NCBI GenBank assembly: GCA_013265495.1
Contig: MU058636.1
Location: forward strand, 8,391,425-8,455,424
DNA length: 64,000 nucleotides
Reading direction: 5' to 3'
DNA from: Vicugna vicugna
Lineage: Eukaryota
A model generated the notes under the pieces. The model was not told where the DNA came from, did no database searches, and saw only the letters and a list, made by a program, of their open reading frames with translations. The number at the start of each line of letters is the position of its first letter. The stretch's first letter is position 1. Below are positions 24,253 to 38,476 of this stretch, piece by piece. Both the position numbers and the translations under genes were made by a program.

Positions 24253-27150
24253 CTGAAAGTATAGAAAGTGGAACATAAATGATGTTTACATAAAAACAAC
24301 CTCAATAAAATTGGTTTTTTTTTTTTTTGTTCGTGTTGGGCACTGAGGTATCAGATGTGGAAATATGTTAAGGCAGTCAGTATTCATGGTACATCATCTA
24401 GTATCTTCTCATGTCCAGGTGATGAACTCTGAAGTCCAGTGACTTAGATTTGTTCCAGTGAAGTATATACTTGCTAAGTGAGGAACTCAACCTAGAAATC
24501 TATAAGTCTGAACTGCACCACTAAAGCTCTTTACCTTCTTTTGTACTTCTTGAAAATATTGGCTGCATAGCAACAAAGACAAATAAACATGATTAATGTC
24601 ATGCAATTCATAATATCTTAAATTGCATTATTGGGTTCTTTCTCATGTAGAATACATTAAAAGAAAAAGTCTCAAAATATTTCCCATGCATTTGATAGCA
24701 GTGATATAGGAAGGAAAATACAAAAATAGTTCAGAATATTTAAAAGTGAAAATGAATGTCAGCCAGCCAGACATGGGCTCTACGCAACAAACATGATATG
24801 ATCAGTCCTTAAGTTATAGGCTAAACTGGCTTTAATTTTCAGCTTTGTCATCATTATTATTTCTTATATTGAAAAGTATGTATTTGGAATGTCATTCACC
24901 CAACTGAGAAAATTATATGCAAAATGTATTTAAGATAGCAGCCTACTATTTGGTTGGCTTTTGGTTACATAGACCAACAGGATTTGTGCCCCTGACACCA
25001 TACCCCAGAGCTACTGGCTTTTTATCATTTCTAATTAGAGCCATAAAGGACGGATTTTTTTTTTTTTAGATAATGCACTAAAGCTATCTATGCAATCATA
25101 ACAGATAGTGTTGAAACACTAGAGGCAAGATGTTAGCACAGTTTGGATTTCTGTCCCATTCTCACTTGAGGTTTCTGAGATGTTAGCTGCATCAGCTTTT
25201 TGAAATCATTTAGACTCTAGGACTTAATGGTGACTGTGTTTCAGTTATTTCAGATTTTATATCTTGAGATCTCAAGGTATGAATCTCTAAAACATATCAA
25301 ATCTGTATATCCAGTGATTGATTCCACGGGTGGCCTGGCCACAGAGGAACCATTCCACGAGGGTCAAATCCACAGAGATCTCTGCTGCTACTATCAGACT
25401 GTTAATTACTTTTAGTTTAAATTTTCACTTCATGTTAAGGAACTTGAAGTTTAGAATGTTTAGCTGGTTTGTAGCTTTGTTCCAATCTTGCTTTCAGAAG
25501 ACTTGAATAGTTTTGACAGGTCACGGGCTGAGAATTAAATACTGATTTTATTTGACAACATACACTAAAGAGCATTTTCCCCCCATACAATTTAAAATGC
25601 ATGGCATTTGGGGGACATGATTAATACATAGGAAATTAAAGAAATTTTATAGACAAGTCAATAAGGAACAGAAAAATGGAATCTTTGGTTTAATTAGTGT
25701 CTACCTCTATTTGAACTATGCTGCCAAAAAGCAGCATACACTTCAGAGAAGAGTTAAAGAAATATTCAACATCAGAATGTAAATCTCAGGGCTGTTTCAA
25801 GAGCTGTGAGTAGATAGACGAGATTATTAGACTTGCATAATTTCATAAAATGTAGCTTATTCTTTGTGAGTGAGGATCCAATTTAAATAGAGGAAAATTA
25901 TAATCTTTTGGCTCCTTGTATGCAAAATATTGCTTTGACATACGTGGACAGTGGTGAACCTATCAGGGATAAAGTAGTGCGGATGCACATTCTTAGTTGG
26001 GAAAGATGATACAGCATTTCTGATGAATAGAGCCCACAAGCGTTCCCTAATGTATTATAAGAGAGATCTTTAACAAGGTCATATACTTCCATACTGGAGT
26101 TTATACCACATTGAATTATAACTCTTTCAACTAAATCTTTGAGATGGTGCTGAGCTGGCCTGACACTAGGATAGCTTATGTTATTATCACATAATTGAAA
26201 ATCAGTAAGAGCAGCAGACATTTTGTTTTGCTCCTTGACATCACCTTTGCTTCTTGTCCATATCTAGTGTAAATCTTAAGGAAAATTTTCCTAATTAAAT
26301 AATAGGATGCTCACGGTATAAAATAGAATAATGCCTAGCCAAGACAAACGTGAGAATTGAAGCAATGCTTTAGCTATGGATACGTTTTGAGTGTTTAATT
26401 GTAGAGTCAAAACAAAATGAAAAGAATTTCTGCGTTGAAAGATGCAATGAGAGAAAAAAAGACAAAGGAAGAAAAAGCCACATTGAAAAAGAAATGCGTT
26501 ACATGTATGTAAATGAAAGACCCTTTACCGTTGTTAAATAGTAAAGGTTTAATCTTGATAATCTGGTAGAATCATGAATAAAAAAAACCCTTGGCATCTA
26601 GAAACTCTAGGTTTATCACCTGGCAATTTTTTGTTTTGTTTTGTTCCTTCATCCAATTTTGGATGGAGAGAGTTTTTGACCCACCAGCGCATAGACATTA
26701 GAATTCTCTGACAGCCTACCCTTGGACGGCTGAGGGTTTGAGAGTGGAGTGAGCTATATATCTTTCAGCATTGTTATTTCTGTGTCCACAGAACTGAATT
26801 TTCAGATAGCTTTGGAGCACCTTTTAGCTATCTCCCCTCTTTCTATGTTTGTATGTCTTCTTTTTTACCCCTGCCTGTTTGCCATGTGAGCTATCTTACT
26901 TACTGCTGTTCTCGTATCTCATCATGCCTGTTTTTCAGATAAATGGGGAAATGGTTCATGAGAGTTGAAGGGTATAGACAAGGCTGAGGGGTCAAGCTCT
27001 GTTCTAAATGGGATGAGATTTGATTTGCTATTGTTTGGCATTCTAAATACCAGATTATCACTCATCTCTGTAAATACAAGGAAAATTACTGTGTTTTCTT
27101 TTTTATATATCTTGACACATATATGTGACAAATATTCATTATGTACTTAC

Positions 27151-27196
27151 TGTAGACAGTAATGGGGATTTCTTTGAAGGTGCTACCACGAACAAA
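27151..27196 (-). CDS. POSTN: POSTN exon 16
   Basis: FVRGSTFKEIPITVY; cag/gtaagt; 46 nt. Confidence 0.96.
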
Positions 27197-27624
27197 CTGA
27201 AAATAAATATTTATATTTAGTAACATGAAATGTAGTCATTGTATTAACAAAATCATGGCACCATGGTTTTTAATTCTTAATAAAAAAGTAGTGAAGCTAT
27301 CATTACATTTAATAGAAATGAAGTCTTCAATAAATCATCTTCCAATTCCCTGCTATTGGGCAAGATGGCATAAAATGATTGGATTTGTTGCTCAAGAGTT
27401 TTAAAAATTATAGAATAACTAATCCCAAATTAAGTTTATTAAATAATATTTCATATATTGTCTGTTATTTCAGCTTTACCAATATTCAACCCTATATTTA
27501 TCCCAAAATACTCCTTTGTCTTTAACTATTGTGATTAATGGCAATTTCTTATAAGTAAATACTTCATCTTTCCCTTATATTCCATAGCAAAAATATTTGA
27601 TGATAGAAAGATTATAGTTTTTTA

Positions 27625-27760
27625 TCTACATGTCTTATCTTCCCTGCTGGACTGTAAACTTTTTGAATAAAGGGGCCATATCTGATTCAACATAATGTTT
27701 CTCATAATACTTAACACACTTCTTGGCCCCAAGTAACTTTTATTAGCTATTTCTTGAATA
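27625..27760 (+). mobile_element. L2 3' end
   Basis: ctggactgtaaactttttgaataaaggggccatatctgattca. Confidence 0.55.
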
Positions 27761-27913
27761 AAACCATGAAGAGATGATGCCAGCGGTGCATCGACAAAGT
27801 GCGAGGCAAGTCCAGTGTGCATCTATCTGCTTAGTGTGCACATTTCTAGTCTCTTAGGTTAAACCTGAAATACCTTCTCAGCACATTAGAAATAGATGCA
27901 TTCACATCTGTAC

Positions 27914-27981
27914 CTTAATTTGGATGTATTTGATCAGTTTATTAAGTATTTCCAGCAGCTGATCATTTCCAACAGGTGTGT
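27914..27981 (-). CDS. POSTN: POSTN exon 15
   Basis: DTPVGNDQLLEILNKLIKYIQIK; 68 nt. Confidence 0.96.
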
Positions 27982-28087
27982 CTATGAAAAGGAATAGTAA
28001 ATGAATATTGGTAAGAATGGGTAAAATAAAAACCTAGTTTTCTATTGAAAAAGAGTTAGCCCATTGATGGGTTCAATAATCACCAAC

Positions 28088-28190
28088 CTGCTGGGTAGAG
28101 GAGTTTATCTACAACGTGAATGACACCATTTGTTGTCATGATGTCAGATTCTTTTGATTTCAACTCATTTACCAGAAGTGTATCATTCAC
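28088..28190 (-). CDS. POSTN: POSTN exon 14 (FAS1-4)
   Basis: VNDTLLVNELKSKESDIMTTNGVIHVVDKLLYPA; 103 nt. Confidence 0.97.
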
Positions 28191-28296
28191 CTGTTAAAAC
28201 AAGGGATAATATCAATGAGAAATATAATGAAATACGAGCACTAGGATAATTGAGTGACAGATGAACACTCTCATAGAGTCGTTCTAGAGAACTTAC

Positions 28297-28427
28297 TCCT
28301 TTCAGATAGATCTTGCTTCCTTGTGTGGTCTTTAGAATGTTAGTAACACCAGGTTCGAATCCCTTTCCAATGAAAACTCCTGGTGTCAGGTGATAGAGGA
28401 TGATATTTTGAAGAGCATTTTTGTCCC
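28297..28427 (-). CDS. POSTN: POSTN exon 13 (FAS1-4)
   Basis: DKNALQNIILYHLTPGVFIGKGFEPGVTNILKTTQGSKIYLKG; 131 nt. Confidence 0.97.
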
Positions 28428-28940
28428 CTAGGGAGAAAAATGTACACTTATTTAATAGCATGTCATGTATTTTGACATTTTGGTACTATGAGGACTAAGG
28501 AGAAAAATATTTCTTTGTCTTTATTTTGTTCCATACTGTAATTTCTCATAATGTCATTGTTTTCTGAAAGTGATCTCAGTGCTACATCCTAACATGCAGT
28601 CTCTTCAATCAGTTCAATCAAAATATGATCCAGCTTACTGGGAGAAAAAAATCAAATTATTTTGGAAATTGTGACTATTTGCTTCTCTGTCACCTAATTG
28701 TGTGGCCTTTAATAGAAATAACATAAGTGAACACCTACCCTACAACCTGACAGTAGGCAGTTAATTAAGAATATTTATGGGTAGCTCTCTGCATATCCTA
28801 AGTGGACTTGAAGGAGACCAAGGCTAGTCATGAAATGAGAGAGGGGACATTTAGGGGGCTGATATCTGGGCAAGAATGCTTGAGGAATAAATGAGATCCT
28901 GAAATCAAGGGGCAAACGCCTGGTGTTCATGTCTACTCAC

Positions 28941-29071
28941 GCATCAGAATTTCCTTTTCCTCATTAGTCATTCCCTTAAAGGCATCGTTGGTTGGCACAA
29001 ATAAAGTCCAGTCTCCAGGTTGTGTGAGGAGCTCTTTCAAGTCTGCAGCTTCAAGCAGGCTGAGGAAGATG
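28941..29071 (-). CDS. POSTN: POSTN exon 12 (FAS1-4)
   Basis: SIFLSLLEAADLKELLTQPGDWTLFVPTNDAFKGMTNEEKEILM; 131 nt. Confidence 0.97.
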
Positions 29072-29642
29072 CTAGGCAGGAAGGACACATGTTTATTTTG
29101 TTGGATTTAATCTAGATGTACCTACCCACCGTGCACAGGATACAATAGAATCCCTGAATCTGGAAGCATGATAAAATTGTTCATACAGTTTCCTGTTTCA
29201 AATGCAATTTATTTTAAAGTTTTATCATGGGGAAATAATTTAAATATACATATGATTATTAAATTTCATAAGCTCTTTTATCTGATAAAACTTGATGAAG
29301 TCACACTTTATAACAAAATAGAAGCATATTTAATTAAATGTTATACAAAATAGCATTTTTTAGAAACATAATTATAAAGAACTTGCAAGGAGTAGTTCAG
29401 TCTATTAGATTTTTCAATTTTTCAATTAATTTTTTTAACTTGCCAAATCATGTTATGCTGCACTAGGAAGAAAAATAGTGTTAAGAACATATTTTAATTT
29501 TGAAAATATTTACATGGGCTTCTTATTCTAAATTCTGTTCTCAGCAGTACTGAATACTAGATGCATTTTGGAATATTCACTGTGAAACAAAACTATGCCG
29601 GCAGGTCTCACTCTTCTGTGGAGGTGAAACTAGGATGCTTAC

Positions 29643-29779
29643 CTGAAGCGTTTATCTTGTTTTAATTTTTCATGGAGGGATTTCTCTGCCGGTTTGATGA
29701 TCTCTCGGAATATGTGAATGGCACCATTCCGTCCTTGCTTGCTTCCTCTCACCATGCATGAATTTTCTATACAGACAGC
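29643..29779 (-). CDS. POSTN: POSTN exon 11
   Basis: AVCIENSCMVRGSKQGRNGAIHIFREIIKPAEKSLHEKLKQDKRF; 137 nt. Confidence 0.97.
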
Positions 29780-31080
29780 CTAGCAAAGAAAAGAAAGATA
29801 CAGTGGTCCATTTCCTTTCTTGAAACTTCTTCTGTGGAAGAAGCTACGTAATTAAATTTCTGGATGGTCTCTTCTAAGAGGTCCCCTGGCTTCTGATGCC
29901 AGAGCAAACAGTTTCTCTCTTCTGTCTGGAAGGTCTTGTACAATCTGACCTCATCCTTCTTATTCAGCCAGGCTTTTCACTACTAGTCAAGCCATCCTAC
30001 GTGGGTGGCAGGTAGTTTCGTCAGTAAATCACAAAAATTCCATAGAATTCCACTTCTACATTTTCTGCCGTTCCTCTCCAGGCTCTAATCATTCTTCCAG
30101 ACCCTCTTTGGTGAAGTTTAACACTTTTAACTTTTTAGGACCTTCTTTAACCATGAAGTTTCATGACTTTATTGACTTTTGTGATCATCACAGGTATTTA
30201 CTATATTATCTTGACTGTAAGACCCTATCAATTATAAGTCAAATTACTGATTAAGTTAGAGCATTTTTGAACAAATGTAGTATTTATCTGTGTATAATTT
30301 AGTTTTCAATTAACAATAATCACACCTGACATAAACCTCATTGGCTATGATACTGCCACTGCACAAAGCTTATGTGTGATTTAGAATGAAGCCCATTTTC
30401 TGCATCAGTTAAAATGTGAGTCTTGGCCTCGTGGAACGGCAGTGAGCAGTGCAGTGTGTCGTATTCAGTTCTAGGTGATGCTTGACTTGCTGTGAATTCT
30501 TTGTAACTCGGGAGCTGCAAGTGTTGCTGGGAAGGAAACTGAACAGCACCGCTAGTAGCACTGTAATTTTGGTAAGCAATGTGTTATGGAAATTTTCCCT
30601 CAGATGACGTACATTAGGACCATCTTCAAAACCCTTATTTGCCTATAAAAGTGTATCTTGAAAGTCACTTGAAAGAGATTTGGTTGCTGAACAGGGATCT
30701 TACAGTAAAAGATCCTCCTAAATATTTGACCCAGTATAAAAATTACCTTGTACACAGTAAAGCATGGTACTCTATAAAGCAATATCTTATTTTAAAGGAG
30801 TTTTAGTGATTTGTGGAATTGAAATAATGCTTTAGAAAAACTTATTTATATTGAAACAACTGCAAATTACTAGATTTATTAACACATAGCACGTTTTGAT
30901 TACTTCCTCAGTCTTTTCAAACAAGCTACTCACTTCCCTGATCTTCCTATAAATATTTACTACTGAGAACACATTGATAAAATTCTGAGAAATATTTGTT
31001 ATAAGAACATTCTTTGACAGGGGCATGTTATTTGACATTTAGGCCAGCGTGGGTATTTTATCTTGTTCTGATTCACTTAC

Positions 31081-31229
31081 TGTACGATACACGAAGACTC
31101 TGAGCAGTTTGCCTCCAATGGTCTCAAGTTTTTGTCCATTGTAAAGCTCATTAAGGCCAACTTTTACTTTCAAAATGTGATTCTGCAGAATCAATTTAAG
31201 AAGGCGCTGATCCATGCTCAGGGTATCAT
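31081..31229 (-). CDS. POSTN: POSTN exon 10 (FAS1-3)
   Basis: [50 protein letters not shown]; 149 nt. Confidence 0.97.
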
Positions 31230-32409
31230 CTATAGATAAATTGATTATGAAAAAGTATTATTTTATTTAGAAAGCATTGAAGTTTCTCCTATAAAAGAAA
31301 ATCGTGAAAATGGATAATCCCCAATACTACGGATCTTATTGGTCCTACATTAATATAATATATGAGTTGACTAAGTGCTGAAGGCTAGGAATTCTATGCA
31401 TCAGTTAGAAACTCCATGAGCCATTTCATCAAATGACTAACATGGTATCAAGCTGTCCATACAATGGGTTTCATCTCTGTGAGGACCACGTGGTTTAATG
31501 TGGTCATTGACAAAAGTTAAACTCCAATGTTGGCCAAGATTTTCTCTGAGAATTTGATGTCCATTAGTCACATGATAACTACTGATATATCATCTGTAAA
31601 TTTTTTTTTATTATTGGAGAGGGAATTGAAGCACACAACCTCTTAAAGGTGGGTTAATGTCAACATGGATGGATATTATTAGTACAAAAAAGAAAAACAG
31701 CATTTCTCAGAATTTGAATTTTCTAATTAATTTTCTATATCATAATTTTCTAAATTTTCTAAATTTCTAAATACAAATAATTTAGAATTTGGAAAAAACA
31801 TAAAAATGTAAAAAGATGATATTTATTTTTTAATTGCTAAATTTTGCCTAATAATTTAAATTCATCTTTGCCAAGTCATTTTTCTGGAAAATGTGGCAGA
31901 TTCCATTAATCTAAACGCAGTCTTTGAGTAGCAGCTGCTAGGTAAAATACTTGAAATAACAGTTCATCTCTTAATATGAAAGTGTATCATAGTCTTTTGT
32001 TTTTATTTATTTGTACTTTACTTTCAAATTCTGAGCTGCAAAATGCGCCTAAGTGTCCCTAAATATTATTATGTTGGTGTTAAGTAAACCATTCAAATTT
32101 ATTTTTCTTAAGATCTGTTAATATACCCATTATGTGTGCTGGAAATATGATCCAATTCACAGAATAACTGAAGACTCCTTATCACAAACTTTCACTTCCT
32201 GTAGGCTATTGTCTATTGAAAGGAAATGTCTTCAAATGAAGGTCATTTTAATAGCGACTACATAGCGCTAACACGTTGTATATGTAGCCAGTTAAGAAAC
32301 TGATCAACACCTCTCAAAACCTCGATTAGTTCTTAATGCAAACAATCATGGTGAAGAGAAAAGGTGTGTAGAGGAGGAAAGAGCAGGGGTGACAGTGTCC
32401 TGTACATAC

Positions 32410-32544
32410 CAGAAAACGCATTGTTCACAGGTGCCAGCAAAGTGTATTCTCCATCTGGCCTCAGAGCAGATGCCAAGCCTAACTGGGCCACAAGGTCTGT
32501 GAAAGTGGTCTGCTGATTTCCAGCCAGCTCAATAACTTGTTTGG
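32410..32544 (-). CDS. POSTN: POSTN exon 9 (FAS1-3)
   Basis: AKQVIELAGNQQTTFTDLVAQLGLASALRPDGEYTLLAPVNNAFS; 135 nt. Confidence 0.97.
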
Positions 32545-33121
32545 CTGTAAAATAAACCATCACCATGCCAACAATGTCATCATTGTTACTACCGTCATCA
32601 TGACATTAGTGTAACAATTCTTGGCCGTTTTCCGTAAGTTATTGGCTGCACTCACTATGTGATAAGACAACCTGCCTTTCCCTAATGAGAGAATGCCAGC
32701 TCTCCTTTTTGGTGGTTGATAACCAAAGAATTTCAGAAGGAAGACATCTTTCTGACTTCTTGCTTTTCAGTTTTCATTTCTCTATTGGTCACCTCTTGTC
32801 TCTCTGCTCTTGTGATTGCCATAGCTCTTTCATGTATCCAAAAGTAACCATTTGGTTATGTCTTGCCTTCTGTTTTCAAGAAAAACTCTAGCACCATGAT
32901 AATCTTTATAAATATTAGGTGTTAGAAACTCTAGAAAGCCAATGATCAACACGTGGGTTGCCCATGACTGCATAAGCTACCTGTTTGGTACTCAGCTCAC
33001 TAGTTTGTGTTTGTGCTTCATAAGTTGGTCCTTATACTGCACATTTATTTTCCATGGACTTACTCTTGAAGCATCATACTTGGTAAACGAGTAGGTAGAA
33101 GAATATGAAGCTGCTGCTCAC

Positions 33122-33334
33122 CAGAATCAGGAATTAGGACTTGGTCAATCAAATGGATAACACCGTTATTTGTCACAATATCTTTTTTGTTCACCATTTT
33201 GATTCCATTTACAGTTATGCTCTCCCCATCACATCCTATCTCAATTGTGTTTCCTTCCAAGGTCTCGAAGACTGCTCCTCCCATGATAGCCTCAGAACAC
33301 TGCAGGGTGTTTAAAATGTGGTACTTCATGAGAG
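33122..33334 (-). CDS. POSTN: POSTN exon 8 (FAS1-2)
   Basis: LMKYHILNTLQCSEAIMGG...NNGVIHLIDQVLIPDS; 213 nt. Confidence 0.97.
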
Positions 33335-33737
33335 CTGGAGGACAAAGCAAGAAGAACAAGCTTTCAGATCAAGGAAAACAGCATTTGACGCTGAAGAGAT
33401 GTGTTTCCCTGTGGAACTAAGTAGGAAATATAATACATGTATAAGACTTAAAATTCTGTTTGTGTTCTAAGAATTTTTTTCCCCATCAACTCTGCAATAA
33501 AAATAGCTCAGCATGGTAGGAAGTAGGTAGGAGAGAAGATCAGTTGCATGGAATGATTTGTGCAGTTCTAGAAAATGTGTTAGAGCAAGTTCCCAGTATC
33601 ATAAGAAAATAATTTCTGATGTGAAAGCAAGAATAATTGCTCCTTTCAGAAGGCCTGGAAAGTCATTTGTTTGAGATACCTGTTCCAAAACACCCAAGCA
33701 GTATCTTGCATTAGCTACTCATAGCAGAATAACTGTA

Positions 33738-33827
33738 CAGGCGTACCTCATTTCACTGAGCTTCACTTTATTATGCTCTGCAGATATTGTTTTTTTTTTT
33801 AACAAATTGAAGGTTTGTGGCAATCCT
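33738..33827 (+). mobile_element. Tigger1 terminal fragment (TcMar)
   Basis: TA then caggcgtacctcattt...acaaattgaaggtttgtggcaatcct, matching the Tigger1 end as recalled. Confidence 0.8.
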
Positions 33828-34474
33828 AAAGACAACCTCCAGAAAGTAGCCAAAATGAAGATGATTTCTTGAAGGACTTCTGAAGGTCTCTGTGCCTAAA
33901 CCATATCCTGTTTATATCTGCACCAGAAGTTCTCATCTTAAATTGGTTAAGCATATTTGGGGTAGGCTGAGTAAGTGAAATGTGCTAGTCACAACGTAAA
34001 ATCTAGTTGAAAATAAAAAGGGAGACTGGAAAGAAACCAAATTCTGTGTATCTGTAAGTAATGATCAAAGAGAACCGGGCAATTTTCTCAACTCAACTTT
34101 AGGGTAAGTTTAGAATTAAAAGCATTGAATAATGTATACACAATAATAAAATTTGATGATCTAATATTTCTTTTCAGCACCTTTTAATTCTTTTTAATGT
34201 TGGCTACTTATATACTTGAAAGCACTGCCAAAGAATGTGATCTTTAAGAGACCCTGGTTATTTAGTTACTTTAATTATTAAATTAACCATTTAATTACTT
34301 TGCCTACTCCTTCGAGAACTTTGTTTTTGAAGATTTTTATAGTCCATCTCAGAATAAAAGTTTTTCTTTGCCTTTGCTTATCAAAGCTGATAATACTGGC
34401 AGGGCTTAATCTCTTTTTCATTTCCTTTTCTTGGAATTCTAGGATGCTTCTCCTAGAGAAGGACACTTGAGTAC

Positions 34475-34616
34475 CTTCAGAAGCCACTTTGTCTCCCATG
34501 ATCCTTTGTAGAACACCTCGTGGAAGTTTCTCGAAAGCTTCATTGGTGGGAGCAAAGAGTGTGAAGTGACCATCTCTTCCAAGGGCCTCCAATATATCAG
34601 ATGTGATGGCAGCTGT
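34475..34616 (-). CDS. POSTN: POSTN exon 7 (FAS1-2)
   Basis: TAAITSDILEALGRDGHFTLFAPTNEAFEKLPRGVLQRIMGDKVASE; 142 nt. Confidence 0.97.
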
Positions 34617-35133
34617 CTGAAACACAAATGTGCTTTTTAGAGGCTTGTACATTGCAAATCCAGAAGACAATTATAACACACTCAGACATGAGGGAGTCGA
34701 TTCTATAGAAAACTATAGACATTTGCTTGTGTTAGAGCTTTAAAACATTAATTTTTGGCACAATCAACTATGTGTTTCAACTTTTCCTCAAACTGTATGT
34801 AAGATGGGGAATTTTGCCAATGCCTGTGTGACTGAAGCAATACCCAGCAGTAAATGTAGTAACTGACGGACACATTCTAAATGCACTCGGTCCACTACAG
34901 TCAGGTGACTAATCCTTATCTATTTTGTCCAAATAAATAGTATTTCATATGAAGAGATGATATCTTCTATGTGAAGTAAAAACCTATTCATTTCAAGAAA
35001 TACACTGATTACAATTCTGTCAGATTTAATAGCTTTTTATTTGTTTTGTTTGTTTGTTTTTTTAAGATTCTGACAGGGAAAGAGAGGGGATGTCAATGGC
35101 CCAAGACAATCTTCTGGTACTTCTTGTACTTAC

Positions 35134-35280
35134 CCTAAAAGATGAGAGGTCATCTTCCGCTTCAATGAAGTCCTGAATTGAGGTACCGATTTGTGTAAGG
35201 ACGCGGTCAATGACATGCACAACACCATTTGTTGCAATCTGGTTCCCGTGGATGATTCGAGCACAGTTAACAGTGACTAC
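35134..35280 (-). CDS. POSTN: POSTN exon 6
   Basis: VVTVNCARIIHGNQIATNGVVHVIDRVLTQIGTSIQDFIEAEDDLSSFR (FAS1 H2 motif NGVVHVID); 147 nt. Confidence 0.97.
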
Positions 35281-36197
35281 CTGTAATTATTTAAGAAAAT
35301 CAAATTGCAGAAATCACTGCTATCCACTGACCACTGAGACTGGTAAGCCCATTTCCTATTTTTCATTTTCATTGGTAAATGTAATGTGAAAGAACTGACA
35401 GTCTGACTGTAAATGCTGAGGACGAAGACTTCACATTGTTTTGTCTAAAAACAAAAATACCTAAGACAAAACAGAACCAGTTGAGAACCCAAGTCCAGTT
35501 ACACTTAAAATATCTAGAAACGCAAGGCAAAAGCATTCTTTTCACTTGAATTATGGCTTTTATTCTTCTCTTTCTTTTATAGAGATAGACATACACTATT
35601 TCTAATGTAGGTCAATGAATTTCATAAAGAAATCTAATTAGTTCCAAAAAACAGTTCTGAGATAAATATAATTATTGCATTAATATAATCAGTTCTATTC
35701 CAATGATTTCCTAAATATTGCCTCATCACTGACCCTTTTTGTCCCTTGAAATCTGACTGTTGAAAGAGCCCTAAGACTCTGACAGAAGTTTCCCATAAAG
35801 ATTCTATCTGAACACACAAGAACCTAAATCAGTATAGTAGCCAGAGGGTGGATGAAGGAATACTCATTGTCTGATCATTCTTTGATAAATTCTCTGATAG
35901 AGTCTTATTTTTTCCTCTGATTATTAGTTTTTCAAACACATCAAATATTAAAATTTTCTTTTGTAGAACATCTAAGTCTACTGTCAATGAACTGTCAATT
36001 TAACTTCTTCCTCGCAATCTTTGGTAGAAATCAGTCCCTGAATTAGATATTTACATGCTCTAGATGTAGGGCAAAGCCATGACATGGCACTTATACTCAC
36101 TGACATTTTATTATTTCTGTGAACCTTATATAAATGTACAGAAGAAAACTTAAGGGCAATATTACTAAGAAATGTACTTTTTATTAATGAAACTTAC

Positions 36198-36362
36198 CCC
36201 ATTAGGATAATGGTTAATGAAGAGTCCCAAATTGTTATACATTGAAGGAATAATCATGCCATTTTTCAAATCCTTGGTCAGCATCCTCTTGTTAACCATG
36301 TGACTATGCAAAGCATTCAATAATTCAACATTTACATTGCTCTCCAAACCTCTACGGATATC
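36198..36362 (-). CDS. POSTN: POSTN exon 5 (FAS1-1)
   Basis: DIRRGLESNVNVELLNALHSHMVNKRMLTKDLKNGMIIPSMYNNLGLFINHYPNG; 165 nt. Confidence 0.97.
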
Positions 36363-36779
36363 CTAGGAAAAATTGAAATGACAGGCTTTTCTTACTGTAG
36401 TTAATTATTAAAATTCTCATAATCACTATTTCTACTCTCTTGTTATTTTCTTGTTGAATTACCCAGAAGGTCAAACCAAACTGACATAAATAACTTAAAA
36501 TTATATTATTATAATTGATTAAGAAATTTTGTAAGTAAAGGTACTCAGTAAAGTGTTCTGGATCTTATAGAGCACTTGAATATTTTTAGAGACAAAACAG
36601 ATATTTTAATGAACATATTGATGAAAAGATGATCTTGATGTAAAGGCTTAGAGAATATGAAGTTATCGGATATTTTAAATATTTTGAGTGGAAAACAAAA
36701 CAAGAATGTCATTATATTTGTATACAACATTTGATTTTCAATAAGCATTTTATGTTTATTCTATAAAAAAATTCAAGAA

Positions 36780-37850
36780 TTCAACCATCCTGTACCTTTT
36801 TATTTATCCAAAACCATATGATATCACACTGTACTTGGTGTTATGAGAAATACAATAAGTAAAGTGCAGTCTCAACCTCTGAGACACTTATCATTAGCAG
36901 CAGGTAGAAATAAACATATTAAGATAAAGAACAGGAGGAGAAACAGATGCTTTCAGGGTCCAATGAAGGTGGCCATCAATTCAAGGTTTGGAGACAGGCC
37001 TTGAAGGGTGGATAGGGTAGGAATGGGGTGATGACCATTCCAAGTCCAGCTGCAGGCTCAGGGTGGATGTTGGGGAAGCAGAAGGTGTCCAGTGTGGTTA
37101 TTATACATGTCTACATTTCTCCGATAATATTGAAAAAGAAATTTAGAAAAGCATGTGGGATAATAACATAGAAGACTTTAATGCCTGAGTAAAGAATAAA
37201 TTAAACTGGCAGAAGGGAGTCACTGAAGCTTTTGTGGCATTGGAATATAATGATTACCCTGGGCTTCAGGAAGGTTAATCTGGTGGCAATCCATAGCAGA
37301 AATGAGCATATTATGAGGATGAAAAATGAGATGTGGGTGACTAGTGGTAGTTTCTAAGAGTTGGAGAAAGAGGAAGTAAGAATGACTCATAATTTTCAAG
37401 TCTGAACTCTGAGACTCTGTACTACCAATTATGGAAAAAAGACAGCAGAAAAGCAGTTATTTATGGGGAGGAAAAAATGGGCTATGTTTTAGATAACATT
37501 TTGTTTAAAGATACAGATGGTGTATCCAAGGAGAGATATTAAGATGAACATTAGAAATATTCTCCTGGGGTTCAAGAAACACAATTTCATTGTTCTATGC
37601 ATGAAAGTGGAATGGGAAGCTCTCAGAAGTGCATATAAACTGCAGAGTATAGTTCTGGATAAGAGTTAATAAGCTCCATTCTTAAGGCAAAGACAAAGAG
37701 GAGCCAGCAGAAGGAGCCAGGAAGGTGGTTAGCAATGTGGTCAAAGACAACCAGAAGGGGAAAAGTTCTATGGTGCAAGGGATTAATCACACAGTTAATG
37801 TAACATAGAACAATCTAGGGGAGTCTACCTAAGTTTTACTAGATATTATT
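36780..37850 (-). mobile_element. L2 remnant
   Basis: Purine-rich L2 antisense phrases (gggagtcactgaagcttttg; aaggttaatctggtggca). Confidence 0.6.
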
Positions 37851-38476
37851 TGACTCTAGTAGTAATTGTCAGCTCATCTTCATACCAAGTAGAAAGTAGG
37901 AATATGTTTTATACCAGTCTTACAGGTTTGGATATTGAGTCATAATTTAGTGTCATGTAAACTGGACTGTGCACAACAGAAAGCCTGAAAATGTAATGCA
38001 TTGTTTACAGCCCTTCATTTCAATATCCACACACATTTATAAATCCATCGATCTCTGAGTGGCCACATATATTTACACATAATAAAATGATAGGCATATA
38101 AAATATAGCTTATTATGAATTTTAAATTCCACTCGGCGTCTTATCTTGCCTTTCTATGAGAAAAGTCATCTAAAATTACATATATTTCCTCACAGCCATA
38201 AGGGAACGAGGAAAGGAGTCAAACAGAACAATAATAAGTGCTTGTTCAGTCTACCATGGGTTTGCCTTTTTTCGTTAGTCCATGAGATGGGCTGTTACTC
38301 CATTTATGGTTGTATTACAGTGATTTGCTCCTTGCCCTCAGTATCTCATCCTTTTATATGTCCTCATACAGGAACAACAGAAAGAGATACGATTTCTGTT
38401 AACTTCCAAGTTAATAAACCAATTAAAATAAAATAACAATAACAGAAAAAATGTAATTTTAAAAATACTGAATTAC

